DNA of 64,000 nucleotides from an uncultured Acidobacteriota bacterium (GTDB taxonomy: Bacteria > Acidobacteriota > Terriglobia > UBA7540). Shown in pieces: positions 51,384-60,405 of the stretch. The stretch is from assembly GCA_963831905.1 (NCBI GenBank), contig CAWHRX010000002.1, positions 140,150-204,149 of the forward strand, read 5' to 3'. The position numbers and the translations under genes were made by a program. The notes under the pieces are model-generated. The model saw only the letters and a program-made list of their open reading frames with translations. It was not told where the DNA came from and searched no databases. Numbering within the stretch: position 1 is the first letter of the stretch; every line of letters starts with the position of its first letter.

Positions 51384-51890
51384 GCAGATGGGATCCTTTC
51401 GATCCGTGAGGGAGGGGTCGTTGTGGGAAACTCAGGCGAAGTTGTTACTGACTTCCGACCAGTGTCACCCTTTCAAGACCAGCACAAATAACAATTTCCG
51501 CGACGATTCGTGTGCCAATCGTGTGCCAGGTTAGATTCTAAGACCGGAAGGCGCGCAAATAGATTCTATAGGTGATTGGCTTTTTGACCTGTTACTCTCG
51601 TTACAGGTACAGGATCAGAGGGAACTTAATATAAGCAGGAAATCACGCTGTACCAAGAATGGGATAGCGTTCTGCATGCCGAGGTGGTTAAGAGCCGTGA
51701 GTTTGAACTGATCGAACGAAGCGGGCGTCAACTTGAATCAAAGAAACTCAGCAAGTCCGGGTTCAGAGAGACATTGTGAACAAAGGGGCAGGCACATTTA
51801 GGCGAGGTTGTTACCTGGAGCTCTCGAATACTGCGGTCGTCTTTAGAGCGATCGCGTCGCGCCTACTGGACCCCTAGCCCCGCATCCGGT

Positions 51891-52385
51891 TTAGGGACGG
51901 ACGCGGTTCCAGAACTCATCGAAGTCCCTCGTATCGAAGAACGCAGTTGCGTGGATGACTTTCCCGTCCTTCATCTGGAAGTACCACGTATATGTGTTGT
52001 GGTAGGGCTTGCCGTCTTTGGCGATTGCAGCTGCGTCAAAGAAGATGATCACCATGTCCCCATCAGCGTAGATACCGCGCACGCTCGGAACCAGCGGCTT
52101 GGACATCCGGGCGTTAAAAGGTCCAATCACCTCGTCCAGGAACTGTTGGCGACTATGATAAGTCTTCGAAAGCGGCGAGGATCCCACGATTGTCCAGTCT
52201 GCGTCTGCAGCAAGCAGCTCAAAAGGACCGCCCGTGCCGGCTTTCCAGTGATTAAAGCTCGTGAGCACAATTTCCTTGTTTTTCTCCTGAAGAGTAGGAC
52301 CTTGTCCCATACTGGTGCCTCCTAGAATTGTCCACAACAGCCCAATCGTGGATACCGCGGTCAGATATTTCGTCGTGGTGCTCAT
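51891..52385 (-). CDS. secreted NTF2-like (SnoaL/ketosteroid-isomerase-like) protein
   Basis: Signal peptide. The size and the pattern (FNHWKAG ... DGDMVIIFF ... YTWYFQMKDGKV) fit the family. Confidence 0.6.
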   Translation of the reverse strand: MSTTTKYLTAVSTIGLLWTILGGTSMGQGPTLQEKNKEIVLTSFNHWKAGTGGPFELLAADADWTIVGSSPLSKTYHSRQQFLDEVIGPFNARMSKPLVPSVRGIYADGDMVIIFFDAAAIAKDGKPYHNTYTWYFQMKDGKVIHATAFFDTRDFDEFWNRVRP

Positions 52386-52506
52386 GTCGATGTTCCTCTG
52401 GTAATCCTGCTAGGAATTGCTCAGCGGTTGCCTTCTTTTCTGCGTCGTTCAAGGGATGACTCCTCGAGGGTTCTAGATGGCTTCCCAGTTACATCCGACT
52501 CGAACA

Positions 52507-53262
52507 TTAGTTTTTCGAGAGCCACTTCTCCGCAGTCATTACGGAAAGGGTCTGTTCCGCAACGAGTTTTCCCATGCGCACAGCGTCTACCTCTACGGTT
52601 GCCGATCTGTTGTCCCCGAGGGTTCCGACGACCGTTCCAGCCGCAATACCAACGCCACTTGTGCTTGCCAGAGCGCCAGGCTCCTTGCCACTCTGAGAGT
52701 TGATGTTGTAGTCGAGCAGGACCGTGCACCGCCCGTTTGCAACGAGCGTGAGAACTACGTGCGTTTTGATATCGCTCGCTCCACGTCCGAAACCGATCAT
52801 GATCCGTTTCCTCGCGTTTCCCTGGTTGACGCCGATGAACTCTCCGCGAACGATTAGCTCAGGAGCGTTTTCCGTGCTCGCATCCAGAACTCTCTCCGTT
52901 TTCACATTCTCTTTCTCAAGACGCTCGATTACGGCCTTCGCAAAGGTGTCCCGAACATGTTGCATGAGTTCTTCCGGCGAAGCATCTTCGTCCGATTCGT
53001 GATGCAGAAGATGATGATGGTGGTGAAACCGAGATTTCTTCATAACGACTTCGCCTTCCGTTGGGAAATCCTGGATGAGCACTCGATCAGGTCTGGGAAG
53101 AGCGATTGAACCGTCGTAGCGGTAAAGCAATTGCACCTTGGCTCGGCCGGTCACGATGTTACCAACACGGTTCTGCGCAATCGCTGCATGTGCTGCAAAC
53201 GCCACAAGGCAAATCGTCTTCAGGGCCTTTCGGTTCACAATTACCTCCTTCTCCGCAATCAT
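52507..53262 (-). CDS. putative lipoprotein (DUF4410-like) with His-rich tract
   Basis: ATG 53262 and a signal-like LKTICLVAFAAHAAIA. It has an RFHHHHHLLHHESDED tract and an IGFGRGASD motif reminiscent of DUF4410. Confidence 0.35.
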   Translation of the reverse strand: MIAEKEVIVNRKALKTICLVAFAAHAAIAQNRVGNIVTGRAKVQLLYRYDGSIALPRPDRVLIQDFPTEGEVVMKKSRFHHHHHLLHHESDEDASPEELMQHVRDTFAKAVIERLEKENVKTERVLDASTENAPELIVRGEFIGVNQGNARKRIMIGFGRGASDIKTHVVLTLVANGRCTVLLDYNINSQSGKEPGALASTSGVGIAAGTVVGTLGDNRSATVEVDAVRMGKLVAEQTLSVMTAEKWLSKN

Positions 53263-53278
53263 CCCGCAGAGATTGCGA

Positions 53279-54259
53279 TCACCGGTGGATTGATGATTGT
53301 GTCGCGTGTTCATCCTCCTCCGGAAGATTCGGAATAAACTTGTTGTCGGTAACGTACCTTCTTGAGACCCAGTGAAGAATTGCTTTCGACAAAGCGATTC
53401 GCTTGTCCGAGTACGAATGGTCGGTCGATAGATGAAGGGTGGTTGTTTGTCGATCTCCCGCTGCGTGCAGTGCCGCTGCCAGCGCATCACTCCCGGGGGC
53501 AAAACCGTCGTCTGAAGTGACGATAAGCAACCGCTTAGCAGTCAAAGTGCTGGCTTTCGTTAAAAAGCTCCACTGTCGCGCATGGGTGAGTGTTTCAAGT
53601 GCCAATCCTTCTGGAGTACAACCGGAAAGCGGCGCCAATCCTTGGCTTGCGTACCCCTCGCTTAACGCCTTTACGAGTTTGTCCGTATTTTGAGGAAGAT
53701 TTTGTGGGACTAGTCCGCCGAGATCAACGGCGGAGATGAGTACAACTGCTGCGATTTCGGAATCTTCCGAGGCCGCCTCAACCGCTACAAAACCTCCCAT
53801 GCTGTGGCCGACCAGAACGATGCGAGAGGAATCCGCGCGCAAGCCCTTGGCGATGGACGGACGACGGAAATAGGCAATAGCGGCTGCAGCATCCTCGATG
53901 CAATGCGAGAGCGAAAAGGTCCCCGGCGATCCCCAAGAGCCGCGATAGTCAAAGTAGAGAACGTCCCAACCCGCTCGGCGAAGATCCTGTGCGAGATCCA
54001 GATTGCGTTCGTAGCCAGGCAATCCATGCAGCAGTAGCACAACCGGATGCGGGCCCTCGCCGGCGGCTACATAAACAAATCCGTTCAGGAGCGCTTCATG
54101 GCTTGGAATTTGTACGGGCTGCAACGACGCGGAATTCGGCTTGATTTTGGAAATGTCTGTTTGGGCGAGTCCAGGATGCATGTAGCAAACGCAGATGCAC
54201 AACCTGGCCGCAATCTGACGTAGGAACTGCGCCGTGTCGTTCTTATTGAGCGCGCGCAT
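53279..54259 (-). CDS. alpha/beta hydrolase
   Basis: GHSMGG nucleophile elbow and an HG oxyanion-like LLLHGLPG. It has a signal-like N-terminus. Confidence 0.7.
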   Translation of the reverse strand: MRALNKNDTAQFLRQIAARLCICVCYMHPGLAQTDISKIKPNSASLQPVQIPSHEALLNGFVYVAAGEGPHPVVLLLHGLPGYERNLDLAQDLRRAGWDVLYFDYRGSWGSPGTFSLSHCIEDAAAAIAYFRRPSIAKGLRADSSRIVLVGHSMGGFVAVEAASEDSEIAAVVLISAVDLGGLVPQNLPQNTDKLVKALSEGYASQGLAPLSGCTPEGLALETLTHARQWSFLTKASTLTAKRLLIVTSDDGFAPGSDALAAALHAAGDRQTTTLHLSTDHSYSDKRIALSKAILHWVSRRYVTDNKFIPNLPEEDEHATQSSIHR

Positions 54260-54286
54260 TGAAAGAACCTGCCTTTTCTGCGGTAG

Positions 54287-54400
54287 TTATTCCCCGGCCT
54301 TGGCTGCCAGTGTTTTCACCACGGCAATGTTTTGCATGAGGTCCGGCGGCACGCCATGCCCCTTCTGCTTCTGCTCACCGAGAGCATCTCCGCAGGACTG
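54287..54400 (-). pseudogene. 3' fragment of a DUF302 gene (paralogous to the end of 58817..59257)
   Basis: It translates to ...GEQKQKGHGVPPDLMQNIAVVKTLAAKAGE*, compared with ...KDRHGLPQDLLKNIAVVGTLAAKAGE* in the intact gene. The nucleotide similarity is visible by eye. Confidence 0.6.
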
Positions 54401-54410
54401 CCCATAAAAA

Positions 54411-54839
54411 TCAATCTTCTATGCGCCGCGCGGCGCGAATCAGCCCGACCCCGAGGCTTAGAACGGCAGCGGCAAGAAACAAGGCGCCGAGGTAAGCGAG
54501 GTTGATCAGGCCGTTTGGCACCGTCGCTTTTGGAGAGACGACCGACAGGAAGAACGCAGCGGGGATCAGAATGGCCGCGATCGGCGCGCCGGTTCGGGCC
54601 AGCCACTTCCAAAAGGGCGAAAGCACCGCCTCGTCAACATAGCGAAGCATGACCAGCGACAGGACAAGGTAAACACCCGCATGCGCATGTCCGGCACGCC
54701 AGAGATCGTGTCGCAGCGGGTTGTCGTTATACCCGGGCACATTTCTCGTTAGAAAACTGAGAAGCGAGAGGCCTCCGTACATCACCGAAGGAAGAACTAC
54801 AAGTAGGATCCCCGCAGACATTCGCGATGCTCGTGACAT
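54411..54839 (-). CDS. four-TM membrane protein of unknown function
   Basis: ATG 54839 is preceded by GGAGGAAAT. There are four hydrophobic segments. Confidence 0.55.
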   Translation of the reverse strand: MSRASRMSAGILLVVLPSVMYGGLSLLSFLTRNVPGYNDNPLRHDLWRAGHAHAGVYLVLSLVMLRYVDEAVLSPFWKWLARTGAPIAAILIPAAFFLSVVSPKATVPNGLINLAYLGALFLAAAVLSLGVGLIRAARRIED

Positions 54840-54894
54840 AATTTCCTCCGTCAACTCATCTCCTGACGATTTCAAACCTGGTCGGCCTCGCTCG

Positions 54895-55158
54895 TCATGG
54901 CCTCTTGCCATCTGCATTTTCGGGCAGCTTGAGCGAGTCACTGACGGTCACCTCGGCGGCATGAATCCGCATCACGGTGAGGTCCTGTATCTCTAAAGAT
55001 TTGAATCTGGCGCTCTGCACCGAGAGGCGGCGGATCGCCAACCTGCCAATGGCTAACGCGCCGATCGCAACTGCTCCCACTGCGACCGCCCCGACGGCAG
55101 TGGCTATTATTGCCACCCCGCGGAAGCCCAGAGGTTTTGAGCTGAGGAGTTCCTTCAT
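54895..55158 (-). CDS. small single-TM protein (Gly/Ala-zipper TM plus amphipathic tail)
   Basis: ATG 55158 is preceded by AAGGAGG. The TM segment is VAIIATAVGAVAVGAVAIGALAIGRLAI. Confidence 0.5.
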   Translation of the reverse strand: MKELLSSKPLGFRGVAIIATAVGAVAVGAVAIGALAIGRLAIRRLSVQSARFKSLEIQDLTVMRIHAAEVTVSDSLKLPENADGKRP

Positions 55159-55170
55159 ACGACAGCCTCC

Positions 55171-55587
55171 TTAGGGATCATAATAGCGTCCATTGACCTC
55201 TTCACCCACGATCGCGAAATCGCATTTCGAGGTCTCGAGCGGATCAGACTGCCACGAGAATCCGATGGATGGAACCTCGACTCTGGCTTCCATCTGGCAG
55301 ATAGCGTGGGTGCCGGTGAAGCGGAAGTGCTTGCTCGCGTCTTCGTACGCCGCGAGCTCCCCATTGGATTTCCAGACCATCTTGAACGACATGCGCGCCG
55401 GCGTGGCAACGGAGTCGAGCGCGGGCCAGCGCGGCTGATCGATGATGGGAACGTTCTGCATTTCCAGCCTGACCACTTTCCCATCGGCGCTGATCGTCAG
55501 GCCATTCGCTGGCACGGGTACCACCCAGTACAGTCCCGAAGGTGCAATGGGAGGGTGCAAATCATGGATTTGGTTTGAGGGAACCAA
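55171..55587 (-). CDS. hypothetical protein (downstream part of a TGA-interrupted reading frame)
   Basis: It has only a TTG start. It is in the same frame as 55609..56004, separated by one TGA and 7 sense codons. Confidence 0.45.
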   Translation of the reverse strand: MVPSNQIHDLHPPIAPSGLYWVVPVPANGLTISADGKVVRLEMQNVPIIDQPRWPALDSVATPARMSFKMVWKSNGELAAYEDASKHFRFTGTHAICQMEARVEVPSIGFSWQSDPLETSKCDFAIVGEEVNGRYYDP

Positions 55588-55608
55588 CGGTCCCCGAAAC
55601 AGCGTCAG

Positions 55609-56004
55609 TCATATGTGCGTGAACACGCCTTGTTGGGGCGCTCTCGCCGCCCAGTATTCGCCCTGCATTACGCCGTAATCGGTGGTCGGCGTGCCAAAAC
55701 CGATGCGGTTTCCTTTGTTGTCCGTCCCCATTCCGGTGAACGTGCTGCATCGCGCGATTTTGCCTTTGAAATGATAGATGTGAGAAGGCTCGAGATTCGG
55801 ACCCGCCGGTTGATTGTGGCTACCGTTTTTGTCCAGCCAAGGAATCGGATATGGATCGGCGCCACCGTTGGAGGTCATGACCCGCTCTTCCGGGTTCGCA
55901 AAAGAAGCCAGAGGAATAGCCCATCCGGCTCCGGCCGCACCGGCGGTCTTCAATAGAACTCTTCGACTAAGAGTCGAAATGTTTGAAACGTTACGCATTT
56001 TCAT
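55609..56004 (-). CDS. hypothetical Tat-signal protein (upstream part of a TGA-interrupted reading frame)
   Basis: Twin-arginine motif SRRVLLKTAGAAGAG. The ORF ends at TGA 55611..55609. Confidence 0.5.
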   Translation of the reverse strand: MKMRNVSNISTLSRRVLLKTAGAAGAGWAIPLASFANPEERVMTSNGGADPYPIPWLDKNGSHNQPAGPNLEPSHIYHFKGKIARCSTFTGMGTDNKGNRIGFGTPTTDYGVMQGEYWAARAPQQGVFTHI

Positions 56005-56185
56005 GCTACCTCCGGAACCAACGCCACCAGGGTCATCATTCGCCCGGCGCCTATCTGATATCGGCGTACAGGCTGGACCTAAGCGCCAGTTGTCGCTGAA
56101 TTACCTTACCCCATGTCCGCCTCGCGGGTCTGATATACCCCTAGCCCGCAGTCTTCACCACCAGAGATCCCGCTCCGTCACGGAT

Positions 56186-56572
56186 TCAAACAAAGAACGC
56201 GTTTACCATTTCGACGTCCGACAGGTACGTATTGATTTCACAAATCTTTCCATCCCGTAGAGTGCAAACTGTGGCCAAATGCTCGTCGAGACTCTGGGTT
56301 CCCTTCCTCGCGGTGTTATGCAGTGACAGGGCGAGACCAGACTGACCAATCAGAATGTGGTTCAGTTCAAATGTGAGCCCATAGCTCACGATGCGCTGGG
56401 CACGGCCGATTACCGCGTCCACGCCGCTTGCCTCCCCGGAGATCAGGCTTGTTCCCGGCAAAGTCCAGACAATGTCGTCTGTCATAATGGATCGAAGCAA
56501 ACCCCAGTCCCGGCTTCGCAATGCTTCGAGAAACTGCCGAGCGATCGCTTTCTTATGTTCGTCAATGGCCAT
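56186..56572 (-). CDS. NTF2-like (SnoaL-type) protein
   Basis: ATG 56572 (MAIDEHKKAIARQFLEAL...DDIVW..PG). About 128 aa. Confidence 0.55.
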   Translation of the reverse strand: MAIDEHKKAIARQFLEALRSRDWGLLRSIMTDDIVWTLPGTSLISGEASGVDAVIGRAQRIVSYGLTFELNHILIGQSGLALSLHNTARKGTQSLDEHLATVCTLRDGKICEINTYLSDVEMVNAFFV

Positions 56573-56642
56573 GAGAGCTCCTGTACACAGTTTATTTAGC
56601 GAGCGTGGGACTCGGGCCGGCACCTCTGTCTATCAGGCGAAT

Positions 56643-58055
56643 CTATCGGTCGGCGATCCAGCTGCCATGGAAGCCCAGCGGGACCCGAGCCGGCAGGTGC
56701 ACGCTCGCAACCGGCTCGCCAGTGAAATCCTGCGCCGCGAGGACCACCAAGTCCGTGGCACCGCGGTCGAGAGAGTGGACAAAAGCCATAACGTAGCCGT
56801 CGTCCTCGGCGGCATCGGGAGAAGCCGGCGCGAAAACTGCCTCTCCTGCGGCGGCACCGCGCCCGAAGTTGTGCGCCTCGACGGTGCCGGCTGCCAGATC
56901 GTGTTTGTACAGAACATTCGCACCTGCAGTGTGGGCGAAGTGGCCGCTGGGAGAGATGACGTCCTGCCTGACTTCTTCGATCACGGTGCTGTAACCATAT
57001 CGGTGCTGGCGGCCGACGACCCTTTCGTCGACGCGCGGAAACTCCTGGAAGCGCTCGTCCAGGCGCTTTTGAATTACCTTGCCTGCGGTCGGGTCAATGG
57101 TCCAGCGGTCAAGCGTCACTGGCCCCGGACCCTTCAAAAGGGAGACGTTGTAGGAACCTTCGTAGTGGCACATGTCAACCACGACGCGGTCGCCGTCGTC
57201 ATAGGCATTTAGTGTATGAAAAATGAAGCACGGATCGACCGCAAACCAACGCACATCGACGGAGCTCGCGTCGCGCCGCAGCAAGCCAACACGAGCCTCG
57301 TGCTTCGGATTCCACACATAAGGCATCTCGCGGCCCGCGGACACCGCGTCCATGCTGAACGTGATGGGCAGGTCATAGAGAACCACATATTGTTCCGTGA
57401 GCGCGAAGTCGTGCATCATGGGTTTGTCGGCAACCACAATTTCCGTCACGCGACTCACTTTACCGGTGCTGTCGATGACGATGTGCTGAACGTTTTCTCG
57501 ACGAAAAGAATACGCGATAGCGTGCAGCTCACCCCTGCGCCGATCGGCCTTTGTGTGGGCGGCGAAACCGGCAGGTAAGGTGCCAGCGAAGTCGCACGGG
57601 CCGACGGTGTCAAGCTCATCGGTGAGCTCATACGGCAGCGAACCGGCCTCGACCAGGGCTAGTGTATGGCCGGCATAAGAAATGATGTGCGTATTGGGAG
57701 CGGAGTCCATGCCGTTGTGGATCGGTCCAGACTTCCATTGTTCCCCCAATGACTCCGCGACAGCTTTGGAACGAACCCAGCGGTTGCGGTACCACTCCGC
57801 CCGCCCGTTCCGCAGCCGTACACCGTGCACCATGCCGGGCCCCACAAACCAGTGGTAATTGGGGTCGGCCAAACTCATCGGGTTGGGTCCGTTGCGCAGG
57901 TAGCGTCCGTTCAATTCCGCAGGCAAGCGACCGGTAACGGGTAAGTCGAAGGCCGTAATCTCCTCTGTGACCGGGGCGAATAGGCCCGAGAGAAAGCGAT
58001 TTTCGGTAGGCATGCCGGTTGTGGCTAGTCCATTCATTTCGTCCTCCTTCTTCAT
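56643..58055 (-). CDS. carotenoid/stilbene cleavage oxygenase (RPE65 family)
   Basis: 470 aa. It has GRYLRNGPNP, MMHDFALTE and FHGSW motifs, with the conserved His positions. Confidence 0.8.
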   Translation of the reverse strand: MKKEDEMNGLATTGMPTENRFLSGLFAPVTEEITAFDLPVTGRLPAELNGRYLRNGPNPMSLADPNYHWFVGPGMVHGVRLRNGRAEWYRNRWVRSKAVAESLGEQWKSGPIHNGMDSAPNTHIISYAGHTLALVEAGSLPYELTDELDTVGPCDFAGTLPAGFAAHTKADRRRGELHAIAYSFRRENVQHIVIDSTGKVSRVTEIVVADKPMMHDFALTEQYVVLYDLPITFSMDAVSAGREMPYVWNPKHEARVGLLRRDASSVDVRWFAVDPCFIFHTLNAYDDGDRVVVDMCHYEGSYNVSLLKGPGPVTLDRWTIDPTAGKVIQKRLDERFQEFPRVDERVVGRQHRYGYSTVIEEVRQDVISPSGHFAHTAGANVLYKHDLAAGTVEAHNFGRGAAAGEAVFAPASPDAAEDDGYVMAFVHSLDRGATDLVVLAAQDFTGEPVASVHLPARVPLGFHGSWIADR

Positions 58056-58087
58056 TTTCTAGACGCCTTTTCTTTAAGCAATCTAGT

Positions 58088-58804
58088 TCACCGAATCCTC
58101 AGATCAACCAGCACGGCGATCGTATTGATATGCGGTGGCTGGCTTCCGGCGTTGTTATCTTCGCGCTGGTAGTAAAGGTTGGCAGTGAGGCGCTCACCGA
58201 TCTCTTTGCGTCCACCGGCGGCGACTCGGTTCCTGGTCCAGCCGCTATACTTCGAGAAGTAGAAAATCTCATCCCATGCGAAGAGCGATGTCCCCCAATG
58301 CGAGGCGCCGATCCGGTAATCGATGCTCGGGCGATTTCGATAGAACCACGATGGCTCATTGGCTTTCGTATCAAACCTGCCGCCGAAACGATTCCGATCT
58401 GACAGGGTCACCCTTCCGCGCGCGAATATCGGCGTGACCGCAAAGATCGGTACCTGCCGATGCCCGGTAGCGCCCGACGCGGTGCGGTAGGTGCCATAGT
58501 AGTAGGAAGGCGTAAGCACCAGATATTTGCCCACACTAAAGTTCCAGTCCGTTCCGAAGACATAATGCTGCGGGTTCGGCAGATTCGTGCTGAGCCTGAG
58601 TCGCGCAATCCAAGTAACGTCAAGGTAAGATCTCAAACGAGTCAAGGCATCCAGTTCATCCCAGCTCTGACAATCCGTACCGCGGAAACCCGTCGGCGGG
58701 GTTTGTGCTGCAAGCGGTGCCGAGGCGATGGCCACACAGAAAAGAATCGTCCAGAGTCGCATTCCCGCACCGAGTCCGCCATCGGATTTCGTCTGCAACA
58801 GCAT
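58088..58804 (-). CDS. putative outer-membrane beta-barrel protein (DUF2490-like)
   Basis: Signal peptide. It has alternating aromatic-rich strands and is about 238 aa. Confidence 0.35.
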   Translation of the reverse strand: MLLQTKSDGGLGAGMRLWTILFCVAIASAPLAAQTPPTGFRGTDCQSWDELDALTRLRSYLDVTWIARLRLSTNLPNPQHYVFGTDWNFSVGKYLVLTPSYYYGTYRTASGATGHRQVPIFAVTPIFARGRVTLSDRNRFGGRFDTKANEPSWFYRNRPSIDYRIGASHWGTSLFAWDEIFYFSKYSGWTRNRVAAGGRKEIGERLTANLYYQREDNNAGSQPPHINTIAVLVDLRIR

Positions 58805-58816
58805 GACGTATCCGAA

Positions 58817-59257
58817 TCACTCCCCAGCCTTGGCCGCCAGCGTTCCTACAACAGCGATATTCTTAAGTAGATCCTGCGGCAAACCGTGCCGGTCCTTCAA
58901 GTACTCGGGGCTGTTGTACGAAAGCCAGACCTTTCCCTGCGCGTCTTGCCAAATCAAAATCTTCAGAGGGAGGTCGATGGCGATGCCGGGAGCAGCCAGC
59001 ATGAGAGGTGTGCCACCTTTGGGATTGCCGAAGATCAATAGCTTGGTGGGGGGCATTTTCATTCCCACCTTTTCCGCTTCTCCACTGTGGTCGATGAGCG
59101 CAAACAGGGTAATGCCTTTGGATTGCAAAATGCTCTTGAGCCGATCCACCGTCTCATCTACCGAGTGATTGCTCGGAACGGTGACGATTCCTTTATCTGC
59201 CGCCAATCCTGGCGGAACAAAACCCATGAACAGCAGAGCCAACGCCCAAAAGTTCAT
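58817..59257 (-). CDS. DUF302 domain protein (secreted)
   Basis: ATG 59257 is preceded by AAGGAGG. It has TLFALIDHSGEA...KLLIFGNPKGGTPLM, typical of DUF302. Confidence 0.7.
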   Translation of the reverse strand: MNFWALALLFMGFVPPGLAADKGIVTVPSNHSVDETVDRLKSILQSKGITLFALIDHSGEAEKVGMKMPPTKLLIFGNPKGGTPLMLAAPGIAIDLPLKILIWQDAQGKVWLSYNSPEYLKDRHGLPQDLLKNIAVVGTLAAKAGE

Positions 59258-59322
59258 GACAAGCCTCCTTTCATTCCGGATCATCCTTTTGTCGTATGAA
59301 ACGGTCAGATTGTGTGGCCGCT

Positions 59323-59823
59323 TTACTGGTAAATCATCGTGTAGCCTTCCTGCTCCAACTGAGTCAACCTGACCATCGCATTGACATTGACCTTGATCCC
59401 GGGGAGAAGGTCCGCATTGCCCCAGTGATTTCCTTTTGCAGTGGCGCCGCACAGTTCCAGGTGCACGCCCTTTTCCATTAGCCCGTTCAGAATGTTTTTG
59501 TAACGATTCCCGGTAGTCACATGCCGATTCAGGTTGTACGAATCATCATTCAATACGAGAAATGCAGCATCACCGTGAAATATGACGACGACCTCGCCCT
59601 TGGCGTTCCATTCGCGAAGGTCAGTCGCGAGCAGATTGATGTCACCGAGCGCGAAAGGCATATCGCCCCCAAACACCAGGTGGCCGTAGTCGATCACGAC
59701 ATTCGCTTTCTCCAGCCGGGTGGGAATGTCGATGTGAAGCGCCGGGTCGGCCTGTGCATTGGCGCTGCCTCCCCTGTACGCTGTGCCGAGACCAATGAAG
59801 CAACAGGTCACAAACAGAACCAC
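59323..59823 (-). CDS. DsrE/DsrF-like family protein (secreted)
   Basis: It has VVVIFHGDAAF and LELCGATAKGNHW, reminiscent of DsrE-like proteins. Confidence 0.45.
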   Translation of the reverse strand: MVLFVTCCFIGLGTAYRGGSANAQADPALHIDIPTRLEKANVVIDYGHLVFGGDMPFALGDINLLATDLREWNAKGEVVVIFHGDAAFLVLNDDSYNLNRHVTTGNRYKNILNGLMEKGVHLELCGATAKGNHWGNADLLPGIKVNVNAMVRLTQLEQEGYTMIYQ

Positions 59824-59838
59824 TAGAGCGGTTTCGAT

Positions 59839-60405
59839 TTAAGTATTTACATATCCACAGGAGGCGAAGTAATTTGTGCATTCGCTTGGGGAGACCGTAT
59901 TGAGCAACTCCCCGATTTCCTTCCAGAGGGTATCGATATCGCGCCTGGCGGCTTTGCGAAGCAGCGCCTTGAGTTTGGAAAAGAACTTTTCGATCGGGTT
60001 CAGGTCCGGAGAGTAAGGGGGCAGATAGAGTAGGGTAGCTCCGGACGCGGTGATCGCTTTCGCGACTCCGGTCACCTTGTGACTGCTGAGGTTGTCGAGA
60101 ATCACGGTGTCTCCCGATTGGAGTGTTGGGCACAGGAATTGATGCACATAAGCCAGAAACGTCTCGCCGTCCATGGGCCCGTCGGTAACCATCGGTGCGG
60201 TCAACCGGCGGCGGCGCAGAGCGCCCACAAAGGTGGTCGTCTCCCAATGTCCGTGCGGTGCCGAGTCGAGGCAACGCTGACCTCGGGGGGCGCGTCCGTA
60301 GCGTCGCGTCATGCTCGTAGATATCCAGGTTTCATCGATAAAGACGAGCTTTTCGACTTCCATCGTGGGCAGCGCTTGCTGCCAGGCTTTTCTTGCCTGC
60401 TGCAC
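59839..60405 (-). CDS. IS630 transposase, DDE catalytic part (orfB)
   Basis: It has LVFIDETW, ILDNLSSHK and PPYSPDLNPIEKFF. This frame stays open upstream as far as the A8 run. Confidence 0.8.
   Translation of the reverse strand: MQQARKAWQQALPTMEVEKLVFIDETWISTSMTRRYGRAPRGQRCLDSAPHGHWETTTFVGALRRRRLTAPMVTDGPMDGETFLAYVHQFLCPTLQSGDTVILDNLSSHKVTGVAKAITASGATLLYLPPYSPDLNPIEKFFSKLKALLRKAARRDIDTLWKEIGELLNTVSPSECTNYFASCGYVNT

Noticed and set aside
50927-51409. 160-aa ORF in the AT-richer stretch
   Set aside because: Its frame differs from the only recognisable coding remnant, the LSGGQ/Walker B fragment at 51087..51383. Its sequence is low-complexity and Arg/Gly/Ser-rich.
55577-55596. Calling the hairpin after the in-frame TGA a bona fide SECIS and the gene a selenoprotein
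   Set aside because: The hairpin is short and the spacing is only approximately right. There is no Cys/Sec redox motif around the TGA, and no sel genes are visible in the window. It is kept as a hypothesis in the findings, not as a feature.
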